Shown in pieces: positions 63,825 through 64,000 of a stretch of 64,000 nt of DNA. How positions within the stretch are numbered: the stretch's first letter is position 1; the number at the start of each line of letters is the position of its first letter. Under the pieces are notes generated by a model. That model searched no databases. It was not told the DNA's origin and worked only from the letters and a program-made list of their open reading frames with translations. Position numbers and translations under genes: made by a program. Origin of the DNA: Octopus sinensis (taxonomy: Eukaryota); NCBI RefSeq assembly GCF_006345805.1, contig NC_042998.1:129332001-129396000 (forward strand), given 5' to 3'.

Positions 63825-64000
63825 CGTATATGTGTGCATAAGTGTGCACACATGTATTCGTATATACATGCACACACGCACATATATATTTATAAATATA
63901 TGTATATTTATATGTATTTATGCGCGCACGCGTGTGTGTGTAGAACAAGCAATAATGGATGAAAAGTAAAGATAAAGTGAAAGAGTAAAAGTGAAGTAAA

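Overview
Eukaryotic, AT-rich and repeat-saturated DNA. The mix of (TA)n/(CA)n/(TATC)n/(TACA)n/(AAT)n microsatellites, tRNA-derived SINEs, Dong/R4-type, RTE and CR1-type LINEs, Penelope-like elements (PLEs), mariners and a Helitron resembles an octopus (coleoid cephalopod) genome; this taxonomic call is an inference. I could not identify any intact host protein-coding gene. Almost all ORFs in the supplied track are microsatellite artefacts or decayed transposon fragments. The main result is a set of hammerhead-ribozyme (HHR) folds from several unrelated repeat families. The best case is a 357-bp-period tandem repeat (52364-52991) in which each unit carries a type I HHR with a compensatory U3-A8 core, i.e. 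a retrozyme-like architecture that predicts a 357-nt self-cleaved, possibly circular RNA. A second U3-A8 HHR lies just 3' of a PLE GIY-YIG ORF (60716-60755). Further HHR-like motifs mostly have palindromic stem III sequences that differ between families. The window also holds several long fold-back structures, a locally templated inverted insertion with a 27-bp flanking duplication, and SINE multimers joined at one fixed junction. All folds and identities were worked out by eye, and none has been tested computationally or biochemically.
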